Assembly: GCA_964624555.1 (NCBI GenBank)
Contig: CAZUXB010000001.1
Coordinates: 1 to 61,423 of the forward strand
Direction: 5' to 3'
Source of the DNA: an uncultured Rickettsiales bacterium
Lineage (GTDB): Bacteria > Pseudomonadota > Alphaproteobacteria > Rickettsiales > SXRF01
DNA length: 61,423 nt
How positions within the stretch are numbered: the first letter of the stretch is position 1; each line of letters begins with the position of its first letter. Below are positions 9,834 to 18,363 of this stretch, piece by piece. The position numbers and the translations under genes are program-made. Under the pieces are notes generated by a model. That model was not told the DNA's origin. It saw only the letters and a program-made list of their open reading frames with translations, and did not search any database.

Positions 9834-12369
9834 TCACAATCCTGTTCGGTACAACGATGACCTTGTTTATGGTTTTGCCTTTGAGCAGTTCGCTGATGGC
9901 AGGAACAGCAAGCGCCTCTTCCTCCGCCAGTTTCTTATCTGCATCTTTAGGCAATTCGACAGTCGCCCGTAATTTTCCATTTATTTGTATAGCAATCGTG
10001 ATGCTATCGTCAACGAGCCATTTGCTATCAGCTACCGGCCACGGCCTGTCAGCTATCATATCCTTGTTACCAAGCCGCTGCCATAATTCTTCGGAAATAT
10101 GTGGCATAAAAGGATTTATAAGATGGATAGCGGCGATGATAGCTTCAAGGCGCACCTCTTTCGTAGCGGCAGTAAGCGGAGTATCTTCCACCATGTTGGT
10201 AAGTTCGCGGATACGGGCGATGGCCTTGTTGAAATGGAATTTTTGCAAGTCATCGGTAACGGCAGCGATGGTTTTGTTTGTTGCTTTACGTAAGTTATCA
10301 GTCGTCGGTTGTCGGTTGTCGGTTTTTTCTTCTGACAACTGACCACTGACCACTGACGACTGAACTAAGCGCCACAGACGATTGATATACCGCCACGCCC
10401 CTTCAATACCAGCATCGGTCCATTCCAGATCACGCTCTGGCGGGCTGTCGGAAAGCATGAACAGGCGCGCAGCATCCACACCATAGGTTTCGATGATGTG
10501 GCGCGGGTCGATGGTATTTTTCTTCGACTTGCTCATCTTCTCAATGCGGCCAACAACCACTTCCTTACCGGTAGAAATTTCTACCAGCTTGCCCATATCA
10601 TTTTTAGTAATCTCGTCCGGCGTTACCCATTTGCCTTCGGCATTTTTATAAGTCTCATGCGAGATCATGCCCTGTGTTTCAAGGCGTTTGAACGGTTCTT
10701 CGAGCGCAAGCAAACCACATTTTTTCAGGGCACGGGTGAAGAAGCGCGAATAAAGCAGATGCAACACCGCATGCTCAATGCCGCCGATATAGCAATCCAC
10801 GCCATCTTTGAGCCAGTAATCAAGAACGGTTTTCTCCAGTGGCTCTGCACTCGGCAATGTCGCATAGCGCAGAAAATACCATGATGATTCGAAGAAGGTA
10901 TCGAACGTGTCGGTTTCGCGGCGCGCGGCTTTACTACATTTCGGGCAGCTTACATTTTTCCAGGTCGGGTGATGCTCCAGAGGATTTCCCGGCTTGTCGA
11001 ATTTCACATCTTTCGGCAGCTCGACCGGCAAATCTTTTTCCGGTACCGGAACGGTTCCGCAAGTTTCGCAGTGGATAATAGGTATCGGACAACCCCAGTA
11101 GCGCTGGCGGGAAATACCCCAGTCGCGCAGGCGGTAATTTATTTTTTCCTTGCCAGCGCCAATTTTTTCCAGTTCGACAATGGCTTTTTTCTTTGCAGCG
11201 TCAACCGGCAAACCATTTAGGAAATGCGAGTTAATGGCAACGCCATCGCCGGTATAAGGCAGCGGCTCATCGGTGTTGCCTGCACTCACTACCGGAAGTA
11301 TCGGCAGGTGATATTTGCTGGCAAAATCAAAGTCGCGCTGGTCATGCGCCGGGCAGCCGAATATCGCGCCGGTACCGTAATCCATCAACACGAAATTAGC
11401 AATGAACAGCGGCACTTCGCGCTCTTCAAATGGATGCTTTATTTTGAGCCCGGTATCGAAACCTTTTTTCTCGGCCTTTTCGATGGCTTCCTCGCTGGTG
11501 CCGAGTTGGTTGCATTCAGCAATGAAAGTTGCTAGTTGCTGGTTGCCAGTTGCTAGTGAAGTAGATATCGGATGGTTCGCGGCAATGGCGCAGAATGACA
11601 TGCCGAAGATGGTATCTGGTCGCGTGGTATAGATATCCAGATATTCTTCTTTGCCGGAAATTTTAAGGCGCAAACTCGCACCACTGGATTTCCCTATCCA
11701 GCGATCCTGCATAATGCGCACTTTATCCGGCCATTCTTTGAGCGTGTTGAGTCCGGCGAGCAAGTCGTCAGCGAAATCAGAAATGCGCAGGAACCACTGC
11801 GAAAGCTTGCGGCGCTCGACCAGTGCGCCACTGCGCCAGCCCCTGCCCTCTATCACCTGCTCATTGGCGAGCACGGTTTGGTCGACCGGGTCCCAGTTCA
11901 CTTCCGCTTCTTTGCGATAGGCCAAACCATTCTGCAGAAATTTCAGGAAGAATAATTGTTCGTGCTTGTAATATTCGGGCAGGCAGGTGGCCAGTTCGCG
12001 CGACCAGTCATAAGAAAGTCCGATAAGCTTTAATTGCTCACGCATGGTATCGATGTTGGCCAGTGTCCAGGTTTCCGGATGGGAATTATTCTGGATAGCC
12101 GCATTTTCAGCAGGAAGGCCAAAAGCATCCCAGCCCATCGGATGCAACACATTATAGCCCTGTGCGCGCTTGCTACGGGCTACCACATCACCCAGCGTAT
12201 AGTTGCGCACATGCCCCATATGGATGTTGCCCGATGGATAGGGAAACATCTCCAGCACATAGTATTTAGGCTTTTTGCTTTCCGAGGTTGCGGCAAAGGT
12301 TTTGTTTTTCTGCCAATAATCCTGCCATTTGGCTTCGGTTTCGCGGAAATTATAGCGGGTTGGTTCCAT
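9817..12369 (-). CDS. leuS: Leucyl-tRNA synthetase
   Basis: 850 aa. HIGH-type motif GNIHMGHVRNY, KMSKSKKN, and an editing-domain insertion. Confidence 0.97.
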   Translation of the reverse strand: MEPTRYNFRETEAKWQDYWQKNKTFAATSESKKPKYYVLEMFPYPSGNIHMGHVRNYTLGDVVARSKRAQGYNVLHPMGWDAFGLPAENAAIQNNSHPETWTLANIDTMREQLKLIGLSYDWSRELATCLPEYYKHEQLFFLKFLQNGLAYRKEAEVNWDPVDQTVLANEQVIEGRGWRSGALVERRKLSQWFLRISDFADDLLAGLNTLKEWPDKVRIMQDRWIGKSSGASLRLKISGKEEYLDIYTTRPDTIFGMSFCAIAANHPISTSLATGNQQLATFIAECNQLGTSEEAIEKAEKKGFDTGLKIKHPFEEREVPLFIANFVLMDYGTGAIFGCPAHDQRDFDFASKYHLPILPVVSAGNTDEPLPYTGDGVAINSHFLNGLPVDAAKKKAIVELEKIGAGKEKINYRLRDWGISRQRYWGCPIPIIHCETCGTVPVPEKDLPVELPKDVKFDKPGNPLEHHPTWKNVSCPKCSKAARRETDTFDTFFESSWYFLRYATLPSAEPLEKTVLDYWLKDGVDCYIGGIEHAVLHLLYSRFFTRALKKCGLLALEEPFKRLETQGMISHETYKNAEGKWVTPDEITKNDMGKLVEISTGKEVVVGRIEKMSKSKKNTIDPRHIIETYGVDAARLFMLSDSPPERDLEWTDAGIEGAWRYINRLWRLVQSSVVSGQLSEEKTDNRQPTTDNLRKATNKTIAAVTDDLQKFHFNKAIARIRELTNMVEDTPLTAATKEVRLEAIIAAIHLINPFMPHISEELWQRLGNKDMIADRPWPVADSKWLVDDSITIAIQINGKLRATVELPKDADKKLAEEEALAVPAISELLKGKTINKVIVVPNRIVNVVIA
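10298..10363. repeat. Short-period hairpin element, in frame inside leuS
   Basis: Left arm TCAGTCGTC(GGTTGTC)x2GGTT, 8-nt loop, right arm TGACAACTGACCACTGACCACTGACGACTGA. The outer 9 bp pair perfectly and the rest pairs with G:T wobbles. Translated as SSVVSGQLSEEKTDNRQPTTDN. Confidence 0.85.
11528..11558. repeat. Four tandem degenerate heptamers (GTTGCNN) inside leuS
   Basis: GTTGCTA GTTGCTG GTTGCCA GTTGCTA GTG, translated on the minus strand as LATGNQQLAT. Resembles the arm of the 27185-27250 hairpin. No inverted partner seen nearby. Confidence 0.7.
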
Positions 12370-12371
12370 AG

Positions 12372-12448
12372 TTAGTGGTGAGTGGTGAGTGGCAAGTGGT
12401 GAGTAATTAAATTTTTCTAATCACTTATCACTCGCTACTTACCACTAC
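12372..12448. repeat. Short-period hairpin element filling the DUF3576-leuS intergenic gap
   Basis: Left arm (AGTGGTG)x2 AGTGGCA AGTGGTG AGT. Reverse complement of the right arm is AGTGGTA AGTAGCG AGTGATA AGTGA. About 21/28 positions pair (more with G:T) around a loop of about 21 nt. Confidence 0.85.
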
Positions 12449-12951
12449 TTTCCTTGGTTTATCTTCAGTTCACGCGCACGGGTAAGAATGGTATCCTCGA
12501 TCTTGCGGGAATCCGCCGAATCAGATTTTTTATCGCGCCATACTCCCTTGCCATCCAGAGCCTGCTTGAACAAGGTTATTTTTATACCGTCAGCACGCAA
12601 CGTCTTATCAAGAATCAAAGCATTAACTTTGTAGCGCTCGCCCTTTACCTTGGGGTCTTCATACCAGTCGGTGATGATAACTCCGCCAAATGGGTCCGCC
12701 GAGGCCAGCGGCATGAAAGACAGGGTATCCAGCGTCGCACGCCACAAAAAACTGTTTACACCAAGCGGCGAAGAGCTGGCAGCATCTTCTTTCCTTGGGC
12801 CACCGAAAGAAATACCATCATCTCCAGTGAGTTTCCCACGCGAATCCCTGCGGCCTTCTTCCGCACTCGTTGTACTGGGAGCTTTTGTTTCAACTCCAGA
12901 ACAGGCGGTTATAATCAATACAGAGGCAATAGCAAGCAGTAGCTTTTTCAT
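12445..12951 (-). CDS. DUF3576-like lipoprotein
   Basis: 168 aa. Lipobox IITACSG. Conserved alphaproteobacterial motif FLWRATLDTLSFMPLASADPFGGVIITDWY. Confidence 0.65.
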   Translation of the reverse strand: MKKLLLAIASVLIITACSGVETKAPSTTSAEEGRRDSRGKLTGDDGISFGGPRKEDAASSSPLGVNSFLWRATLDTLSFMPLASADPFGGVIITDWYEDPKVKGERYKVNALILDKTLRADGIKITLFKQALDGKGVWRDKKSDSADSRKIEDTILTRARELKINQGK

Positions 12952-12964
12952 GGGTTTTCCTTCT

Positions 12965-13034
12965 TGTCATCCCCGCGAAGGCGGGGATCTTGAGCTAATT
13001 TATAGAGGAGATTCCCGCCTGCGCGGGAATGACA
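12965..13034. repeat. Composite palindromic element (TGTCATCCCCGCGAAGGCGGGGATC ... GATTCCCGCCTGCGCGGGAATGACA)
   Basis: Two GC-clamp hairpins in inverted orientation with outer TGTCAT/ATGACA ends. Lies just upstream of the DUF3576 gene start. Confidence 0.75.
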
Positions 13035-13048
13035 AAACCTTATAGCAC

Positions 13049-13087
13049 AAAAAAAGGGCGGTGCAAGCACCGCCCTTAATTTTTTTG
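13049..13087 (-). terminator. Rho-independent terminator downstream of the porin gene (looks bidirectional)
   Basis: A-run, stem GGGCGGTG, loop CAAG, stem CACCGCCC, then TTAATTTTTTT. Starts 14 nt beyond the porin stop codon. Confidence 0.8.
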
Positions 13088-13100
13088 CTAACTTTCTAAA

Positions 13101-14318
13101 TTAGAAAGCGAGCTGAGTACCGAGCACGAATACAGTAGACTTGTTATCAAGACCAGTATTCACAATTTCGCTCTGGTTGTTGTCAACGAAGTTAACTTCA
13201 GCATATGGAGTCAGACCAGCTGCGAGCTTGTAGTCAACACCAACAGAAACGTTGCTGAAAGTATTGTTTCCGTTACTAGCACCTAAATCAAATTGGCTCT
13301 TCAGGTAAGTTACGCTAGCACCGAACGGACCAGTTTCATAAGCAGCACCAACGGTCCAGAAGTAGTTTGAACTATCGTTAGTATCTGATTTCAGACGCAA
13401 GCTGTCACCATAGTTACCATAAGAACCAGCAAGGCTGAAGCCCATATAGTCAACTTTAGCACCAAACTGGTAAGTGCGGAGGTCATTAACCTCGTTACCA
13501 GCAGTAAGGTCCTGAACAGCAGCACCATATTCACCAGTAGCACCAACAGCTACGCCAACGTTGCTGAATTTGCCTTCATAGTTCAAAGCACCCACAAGAA
13601 CGTTTTTAACAATAGCAGGGCTTGAAGCACCACCGTTGTTATTGTTGGTACGGCTGATAACCTGACCTTTAGAAGAAGAATCAGGAACATAGCTCACACC
13701 AGCCTGGAAACCAGAGAAACGTGGGGTGTAGTAGCTGATTTTGTTAGCAGCCTGAGTGCTTTCATCGCCATAAGAAGAAGAGCCGAAGTAAGCATCACCA
13801 TAGTCCAGAGCCAGATCAGGAGTTGCTATAACAGCAGCTTCGTTGATACCGCTAACAACATGAGAAGGAGCAGTTGCGAAGTAAGTGAAGTCACCATCAA
13901 TACCGCCAGTAGCGCGAGCGATGCTGGAAGCGTCAACTTTCATGGTTTTAGCAACACCGAGGTCAGAACCGCCCTGGAGCTTACCCCATTTACCATCAAC
14001 ATATACGAAGGTACGTTCAGCATTCACGCCAGAGCTATCAGCGTTTTCTGAAGTATCAGCTTCGAGATCGATACCAGCACCATAACCAAGACCCATGTCG
14101 CTTTTACCAGCAACACGAACAGTGATTACGTTATCAGTGCGGAATGCACCTGGGCGCAGACCATCAGCAGGTTTCTGATCGTTGCTGCTTTCGAAGCCAC
14201 CTTCAAAATTAGAGAAACCACCAAGAGTGATTTTTGGAGTTTCAGCAGCGTTTGCAGCACCCGCGAACAGGGCAGCAGCACCGATGAGGGCAGATGTACC
14301 GAGAAGATTTTTTTTCAT
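13101..14318 (-). CDS. Outer-membrane porin
   Basis: 405 aa. Signal peptide ending AANA-AE. Alternating beta-strand pattern, Gly/Ser/Asn-rich loops, C-terminal ...VLGTQLAF. Confidence 0.8.
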   Translation of the reverse strand: MKKNLLGTSALIGAAALFAGAANAAETPKITLGGFSNFEGGFESSNDQKPADGLRPGAFRTDNVITVRVAGKSDMGLGYGAGIDLEADTSENADSSGVNAERTFVYVDGKWGKLQGGSDLGVAKTMKVDASSIARATGGIDGDFTYFATAPSHVVSGINEAAVIATPDLALDYGDAYFGSSSYGDESTQAANKISYYTPRFSGFQAGVSYVPDSSSKGQVISRTNNNNGGASSPAIVKNVLVGALNYEGKFSNVGVAVGATGEYGAAVQDLTAGNEVNDLRTYQFGAKVDYMGFSLAGSYGNYGDSLRLKSDTNDSSNYFWTVGAAYETGPFGASVTYLKSQFDLGASNGNNTFSNVSVGVDYKLAAGLTPYAEVNFVDNNQSEIVNTGLDNKSTVFVLGTQLAF

Positions 14319-14582
14319 AAGTATTTCCTTAGTTAAGGGTTTTAAAAAGTCTGTGACTAGAAGAACAATCTAGGCTACATAAAGCAATATACAAGTTATT
14401 GGCTTCATGATTTTACCTAGGGCTAGTTATTGTGCAAACATACCTCCCTTGCAAGCCGTAACGGCAATTATTAGTATCAAAAGGGGTGTTTTCACCTAAT
14501 CTGTGGCAATATGGCAACAACATTGCGGCCAAAAACGCCAAAATTTAATAGTTTTTTAATGATTACCGCATGATGGGCATAT

Positions 14583-15260
14583 ATGGACAACAATATAAGT
14601 ATAGAAAAAAGTCTATCAATTCTCTCTACTAACATAGAGAAAGCGCGTAAGTCATCCCCAATAGCCGCAAATGGGGTTGCCTTACTTGCCGCAAGCAAGG
14701 CACAGCCAATTGCCGTTATAGAGGAAGCAATAGGCGCTGGGGTTAGCTGTTTCGGGGAAAACCGGGTACAGGAAGCGCAGGAAAAATGGCCGGAACTGAA
14801 AAAGCGCCACCCCAGCATAACTCTACATCTAATAGGGCCGTTACAAACCAACAAGGTAAAACAGGCCCTTTCCCTGTTCGATGTTATACAGACTTTGGAC
14901 AGGCCACAGCTTGCCGAAGAGATAGCAAGGCTTGAGGCTTTAGGAATGAGCCTTGAGGGAAAGAAGTTCTTTATTCAAATAAATACCGGCAAAGAACCAC
15001 AGAAATCGGGAGTTTTCCCAGAAAATGCCGACTCCTTTATACATATGTGCAGGGAGCTTAAATTACCGGTAGTTGGTTTAATGTGCGTCCCCCCAGTGGA
15101 TCAGCCACCTGCCCCGCATTTTGCCCTGCTGCGCGAAATTGCCCTGAAAAACAACCTTAGCGAACTGAGCATGGGTATGAGCAGTGATTTTGAAACAGCG
15201 GTACGCATGGGCTCAAGCTGTGTACGCATCGGCACGGCACTGTTTGGCGACAGAAAATAA
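14583..15260 (+). CDS. yggS: YggS-family PLP-binding homeostasis protein
   Basis: 225 aa. Motifs LLAASKAQP, GENRVQEA, HLIGPLQTNKVK, SMGMSSDFETAVRMGSSCVRIGTALFG. Confidence 0.9.
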   Translation: MDNNISIEKSLSILSTNIEKARKSSPIAANGVALLAASKAQPIAVIEEAIGAGVSCFGENRVQEAQEKWPELKKRHPSITLHLIGPLQTNKVKQALSLFDVIQTLDRPQLAEEIARLEALGMSLEGKKFFIQINTGKEPQKSGVFPENADSFIHMCRELKLPVVGLMCVPPVDQPPAPHFALLREIALKNNLSELSMGMSSDFETAVRMGSSCVRIGTALFGDRK

Positions 15261-15427
15261 TAATTGTTATATTTCATAATATTAGCCATAGGAAAAAGTA
15301 GTTACTGGCCAATTGTCATAAAAATTTAATATTAGCGCCCTCATTATCATGCTATAAATAACCTTATCAGACGCTTGTAAAGGGCGCGGTATATCTTGCA
15401 ACTATATAAACAAAACGGGATAGTTTT

Positions 15428-15886
15428 ATGGCAGATAAAGATTATAAAGCAGAGTTGCAGTCAAGTAATTCTAATGTTTCCTATACACTTGTGGGTAAGG
15501 TGGGAGGTAAGCCCAATACTGCGTATATTGATACCATAGTTATGCATGGGGTTGATGGCCAAGACGTAACTTATGCACCGGATAAGCCTTTCAAAGTAGA
15601 AATTACAGGTTCTGGCTTGGCACATGAAAGCGCAGATGCAGTAAACAGGCTGATGGCATTAAAAACCAATGCTAAAACGAAATATATGCCAGTCAGGTTA
15701 GTTAAGGCAGGGGATTCATCTCCATCTCCAGTAACTCTTACAGAAGTAAAATCAGGGGAAAAATTGGCATCAGCAGGAGTCGAGATCGACCCAAGAGACA
15801 GAGCTATGCTCGCGTCGCTCAGCGGCGGGCCGGATAGTTTGGTTGTGCCTAGCGCTGGTTCCACAGGCCCCAAGGGAAGAGCATAA
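15428..15886 (+). CDS. Hypothetical protein, paralog of the next ORF
   Basis: 152 aa with no signal peptide or TM segment. Shares YTL(V/A)G...(I/D)TIVMHG and (L/I)TE..SG...ASA blocks with the downstream ORF. Basic Pro/Gly C-terminus. Confidence 0.6.
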   Translation: MADKDYKAELQSSNSNVSYTLVGKVGGKPNTAYIDTIVMHGVDGQDVTYAPDKPFKVEITGSGLAHESADAVNRLMALKTNAKTKYMPVRLVKAGDSSPSPVTLTEVKSGEKLASAGVEIDPRDRAMLASLSGGPDSLVVPSAGSTGPKGRA

Positions 15887-15889
15887 TTT

Positions 15890-16612
15890 ATGGCTGATCT
15901 TGATGGCAAAGCTACAGCCGCTGAAGATATGAGGCAGATAAAGCTTTCCCGCCAAGGGCTGGGAGCTGGGCCTAAGATGTCCGGATTGACCTATAAAGAT
16001 GAAAAGCCACACGCTGGTGATAGTGATATGCCAACCGCCAGCCTGAAGCGTTCAGCATTCAACCACGACTATAAGATTGGTGGTATTACATATACTTTGG
16101 CTGGCGATAGTCCGGACAAGATAACCACCATAGTTATGCATGGCACCGCCCCTAAAAAATATGGCCTTGACAATAGAATATTCGTGGCTGAAAGGCCAAT
16201 TTCAATCCCTTTTAAGGACAGGGATGGCAGGGAATTAACAACTGCCGGAGAGGATCTGATCAGGCAGGCCACCAGCCCTGATGAATCTGGTGTAGCAAAA
16301 GTTAATGCTTTGGCTGGCGATAGTAGCTGGGGACGGTTTATGCAGGGTATCGCCAGCGTAATTCCTGCTGGTAACGACCTAAGACTTATTGCAAATCAGT
16401 GGGCCAAAACAGAAATAACAATAACTGAAAAAACATCATCAGGTAAGCCAGCATCTGCAGTACGCCTAGCTCCTGATGGTCCTATTCATGCCGCTATGGC
16501 ACAGGTTAGATCTGGAGATGCCAAGACCTTGGCAGATATGGCTGGGGAGGACGGGGCCGGAAACTACACGCCACAAGCAACAGCTAAAGATGTTCCGGGC
16601 ACTAGGCGCTAG
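15890..16612 (+). CDS. Hypothetical protein, longer paralog of the preceding ORF
   Basis: 240 aa. Starts 3 nt after the upstream stop codon. Both proteins begin with MAD. Conserved ITYTLAGDSPDKITTIVMHG block. No family recognised. Confidence 0.6.
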   Translation: MADLDGKATAAEDMRQIKLSRQGLGAGPKMSGLTYKDEKPHAGDSDMPTASLKRSAFNHDYKIGGITYTLAGDSPDKITTIVMHGTAPKKYGLDNRIFVAERPISIPFKDRDGRELTTAGEDLIRQATSPDESGVAKVNALAGDSSWGRFMQGIASVIPAGNDLRLIANQWAKTEITITEKTSSGKPASAVRLAPDGPIHAAMAQVRSGDAKTLADMAGEDGAGNYTPQATAKDVPGTRR

Positions 16613-16692
16613 TGGCTGCTAATGTCCCTACTGCCCCAGTAATAGTAGGAAATACGAAAATTCCGCTTTTTCTGGCTTTTCCAACAAAGCCC

Positions 16693-16721
16693 TTGATTAT
16701 ATTCCTAAAATAGCCTATAAT
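16693..16721 (+). promoter_or_regulatory. Sigma-70-like promoter for ihfA
   Basis: TTGATT, 17-nt spacer, TATAAT. Lies about 22 nt upstream of the first ihfA ATG. Confidence 0.45.
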
Positions 16722-16743
16722 CAGCAGGACTTAACTTAAATAA

Positions 16744-17073
16744 ATGGAAAAAACTATGCCAAAAACTTTGACCCGTGCTGATCTTAGCAATTCTGTGTAT
16801 GAACAAATCGGTTTGTCATTGCAGGAGTGCAATGCTTTGGTAGACAGCGTAATTGAAGAGCTGTCAACTAGCTTGGAGCAAGGTAAATCCGTAAAAATAT
16901 CTTCTTTTGGCACATTCAATCTGCGTAAAAAGAAACAGCGTATGGGCCGCAACCCAAAGACTGGTGTCGAGGTGCCGATTACTTCGCGTACCGTACTGTC
17001 TTTCAATGCGTCAAATTTGCTGAAGGCTAAAGTGAACACTAATTTGGTTGGAAAAAATGTTAAACTAGCCTAA
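16744..17073 (+). CDS. ihfA: Integration host factor alpha subunit
   Basis: 109 aa. KTLTRADL...[34 protein letters not shown] is the HU/IHF fold signature. The true start may be the ATG at 16756. Confidence 0.9.
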   Translation: MEKTMPKTLTRADLSNSVYEQIGLSLQECNALVDSVIEELSTSLEQGKSVKISSFGTFNLRKKKQRMGRNPKTGVEVPITSRTVLSFNASNLLKAKVNTNLVGKNVKLA

Positions 17074-17092
17074 GGGCTGGTCAGGAGGAGTC

Positions 17093-17797
17093 GTGCAACT
17101 CAATTTTCTGCAGGAAGATCTAGCCGCAACTCTGCAAAAGTCAAAAGGTTCCTCTACCTCTAAAAAAACAACTCCGGTTTCTGCCACTGCTGATCTTTTT
17201 GGCGGTCTGCCTTTGGCTATGCCTCCAGGCAAAATGCAAAAGAAAGCGGAAGAAAAATCTCCAGCGAAGGCAGAAGTAAAGCTTGAAGAAAAAGTTCCTG
17301 CTAAAATTGTTGAAAATTTAGCTGAAAAACCTGCTACAGAACCACATAAAAAAGCCGATACAGCTTTTAAGACCATCAGCGAAGCTGCGGCTATACTCGA
17401 TGTGCCGCAACACGTGCTACGCTTCTGGGAAAGCCGTTTTTCACAGATAAAGCCTCTTAAGATGGGTGGCGGCCGCCGTTACTACCGCCCGGAAGATATC
17501 GATATATTAAGCAAGATCCATAACCTGCTCTATAAGCAGGGCTACACCATCAAAGGCGCGAAGAAAGCCTTCAACATGAAAGAAGCCGCCCAGGAAGCTG
17601 AGCCTGTTACTGTTGCCAAGAAAACAGCGGCAAAACCTCATGCGGAAAAGGCTGCGGAAAAGGCTATCGAAAACACCGTAGAAAAAACCTTCGTACTAAA
17701 TGAGAGACAGAGAAAACAGGTTTCTTCGTTGCGCCATGAACTTATTGGCTTGCGCGAAACACTACGTCCCTATCTGGCTGAGAAAGTTTTTGCGTAA
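17093..17797 (+). CDS. MerR-family transcriptional regulator
   Basis: Motif [45 protein letters not shown]. Conserved partner gene downstream of ihfA in alphaproteobacteria. Lys/Glu/Ala-rich N-terminus. GTG start is uncertain. Confidence 0.8.
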   Translation: MQLNFLQEDLAATLQKSKGSSTSKKTTPVSATADLFGGLPLAMPPGKMQKKAEEKSPAKAEVKLEEKVPAKIVENLAEKPATEPHKKADTAFKTISEAAAILDVPQHVLRFWESRFSQIKPLKMGGGRRYYRPEDIDILSKIHNLLYKQGYTIKGAKKAFNMKEAAQEAEPVTVAKKTAAKPHAEKAAEKAIENTVEKTFVLNERQRKQVSSLRHELIGLRETLRPYLAEKVFA

Positions 17798-17859
17798 GTC
17801 AGGATTGACTTTTCAGGCAACTGCTGTAAAGCTCCCCAACTCACTTTTAGGAATATTTC

Positions 17860-18363
17860 ATGCCGAAAAAAATAGTAAAAGACGGTGCTAAAATAGCTAT
17901 CATAATGGGTAGCACCTCGGACTGGGAAACAATGCAGCATGCTGCGACAATGCTTGACACTCTCAAGGTTGCTTATGAGGCAAAAGTTATTTCCGCACAC
18001 CGCACACCTGACCGCCTGTATGACTTCGCAAAGAACGCAGAAAAGGATGGGGTTAAGGTTATAATAGCCGGTGCCGGGGGAGCTGCCCACCTTCCCGGTA
18101 TGACCTCTTCCATGACCACCCTACCCGTCCTCGGCGTACCGGTTGAAAGTGCCGCACTAAAAGGTATGGACAGCCTCCTTTCCATCGTGCAGATGCCGGC
18201 TGGTGTTCCGGTTGGCACACTGGCAATTGGTAAAGCCGGTGCCAGCAATGCCGCCCTGCTTGCCGCCTCGATACTTGCCCTTAGCGATGAGAAACTTGCC
18301 ACGCGTCTTTCCGCATGGCGCGAAAAACAAACTAAATCAGTGGCCTTAAAACCAAATGCTTAG
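17860..18363 (+). CDS. purE: N5-CAIR mutase PurE
   Basis: 167 aa. Motifs [30 protein letters not shown]. Confidence 0.95.
   Translation: MPKKIVKDGAKIAIIMGSTSDWETMQHAATMLDTLKVAYEAKVISAHRTPDRLYDFAKNAEKDGVKVIIAGAGGAAHLPGMTSSMTTLPVLGVPVESAALKGMDSLLSIVQMPAGVPVGTLAIGKAGASNAALLAASILALSDEKLATRLSAWREKQTKSVALKPNA

Noticed and set aside
12372-12448. The pre-leuS hairpin as a rho-independent terminator or a T-box/attenuator leader.
   Set aside because: No U-tract follows the stem on the mRNA strand. The gap is too short (75 nt) and lacks the specifier and T-box sequence features.
14492-14854. 120-aa minus-strand ORF overlapping the yggS 5' end and the porin/yggS intergenic region.
   Set aside because: It overlaps the well-supported yggS CDS, has no motif support, and starts in an AT-rich promoter region.
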